Positions 63,006 through 64,000 of a stretch of DNA of 64,000 nucleotides are shown piece after piece. The DNA comes from Hydrolagus affinis. Its lineage: Eukaryota. Within the stretch, counting starts at the first letter, position 1; the number at the start of each line of letters is the position of its first letter. The stretch covers positions 1 to 64,000 of the forward strand of contig JAAILG010000241.1 of assembly GCA_012026655.1 (NCBI GenBank), in the 5' to 3' direction. Under the pieces are notes generated by a model. The model searched no databases and was not told the DNA's origin. It saw only the letters and a program-made list of their open reading frames with translations. Made by a program: the position numbers and the translations under genes.

Positions 63006-64000
63006 AACTGTATGTACTAGGCTAATGTACAACTGGCTGTTTTTTTTCACATCAGTCTGACAATCACAATACAATGCAGCATTTGGCACAACCAGTTCCC
63101 AAATGAATGTTCGAAGACTCATTGTTCTGAATGTAAAATATGTACAGCAATTGTAAAAGGAGGACTTGTTTTTTTTTACCTCATTCTACTCCAGTCATTT
63201 AACATTACGACTTAAGGTGGTTATTTTTAACTGATCTTATTTTCAAAGTTTTTTTTATATTGTTGATGTTGCAATCTCTTTTACGGATTTTTTTTAGTGG
63301 ATCTCTGAATGCATTATGAATTTGAAAATAGCTTCTTTAATAAGTGTTTTCATTGCCTGGTACTTCCTTGTACATCACAAAAAGGTCACAAATACACAGC
63401 TTTGAAAATTAAATATAGTGCAAACACCAGCACACTGTGTCAAAGAGTAAACATGAACCCGAAGCCACTATTCCCCAGGGGATCTATCAAGCAAAAGCTT
63501 GGAGGAAGGGAATAATCATTCTGAGCTACTTTTACATGACTTTGTGTTTGTGTTTTAAAATAGCATAGACCTAGGGTGCTATTCATCCTGTTGGGATGAT
63601 AATATCTTACATCACCAACAATAGGCAAAAACAATTTTGCTTTAGATTGAAAACATTGTGAGGCAAATTAAATGCTCTGAAGCACCTCACAGCAAAAGCG
63701 CAGTACTGTAAAGAGCTTTGCTGGTGCACAGCTGACTGACTATTTTAGGTGTGCCTTTAGTATTGTTTTTCACATCTTTGCTGATCTCACTTTCACACAC
63801 TGTGACCCACAGCTTCATGTGCGATTGCGATCTCTTGCTTTGTTACACAATTGATGTAAATGTCCGCAGTAGCAGTAGAGAACACTACTGTTTTTGAAAG
63901 ACAGAAGGACAAGAGTGGAAGGGCAAGGTTTGTACAAACCTGACATGTTACTTACAGCTATAGCAGAAATTCAGAATATGAATCCATCTCCCACATCCCC

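Noticed and set aside
1-64000. CRISPR arrays, operons, rRNA or other prokaryote-type systems
   Set aside because: The sequence is clearly spliced vertebrate DNA; no regularly spaced repeat-spacer array or rRNA similarity was seen.

Overview
AT-rich vertebrate genomic DNA; the repeat content and compact introns suggest a cartilaginous fish, probably a chimaera (inference). It holds two divergently transcribed genes in the same arrangement as in mammals. On the minus strand is A1CF (APOBEC1 complementation factor): a non-coding first exon near 14.65 kb and 9 coding exons from 12357 down to 4983, all with GT-AG boundaries and consistent phases. Its last exons are not visible and probably lie left of the window. 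On the plus strand is PRKG1 (cGMP-dependent protein kinase I): alternative first exons 1-alpha (29496-29761) and 1-beta (44176-44489), and the first shared exon (62719-62885). The rest is intron and intergenic DNA with tRNA-derived SINEs, Deu-domain-like SINEs, L2 and CR1 LINE fragments, a TA-flanked MITE, a hAT-like end, microsatellites and a 100-N gap. I found no convincing novel protein-coding system. The most interesting signals are the tandem 24-nt alternative acceptor in A1CF, a parallel C-tract/G-tract layout ahead of both PRKG1 start codons, an ~85-bp inverted repeat with a hammerhead-like core, and substitution of secondary autophosphorylation sites in both PKG-I N-termini. Comparisons with human sequences are from memory and need alignment.
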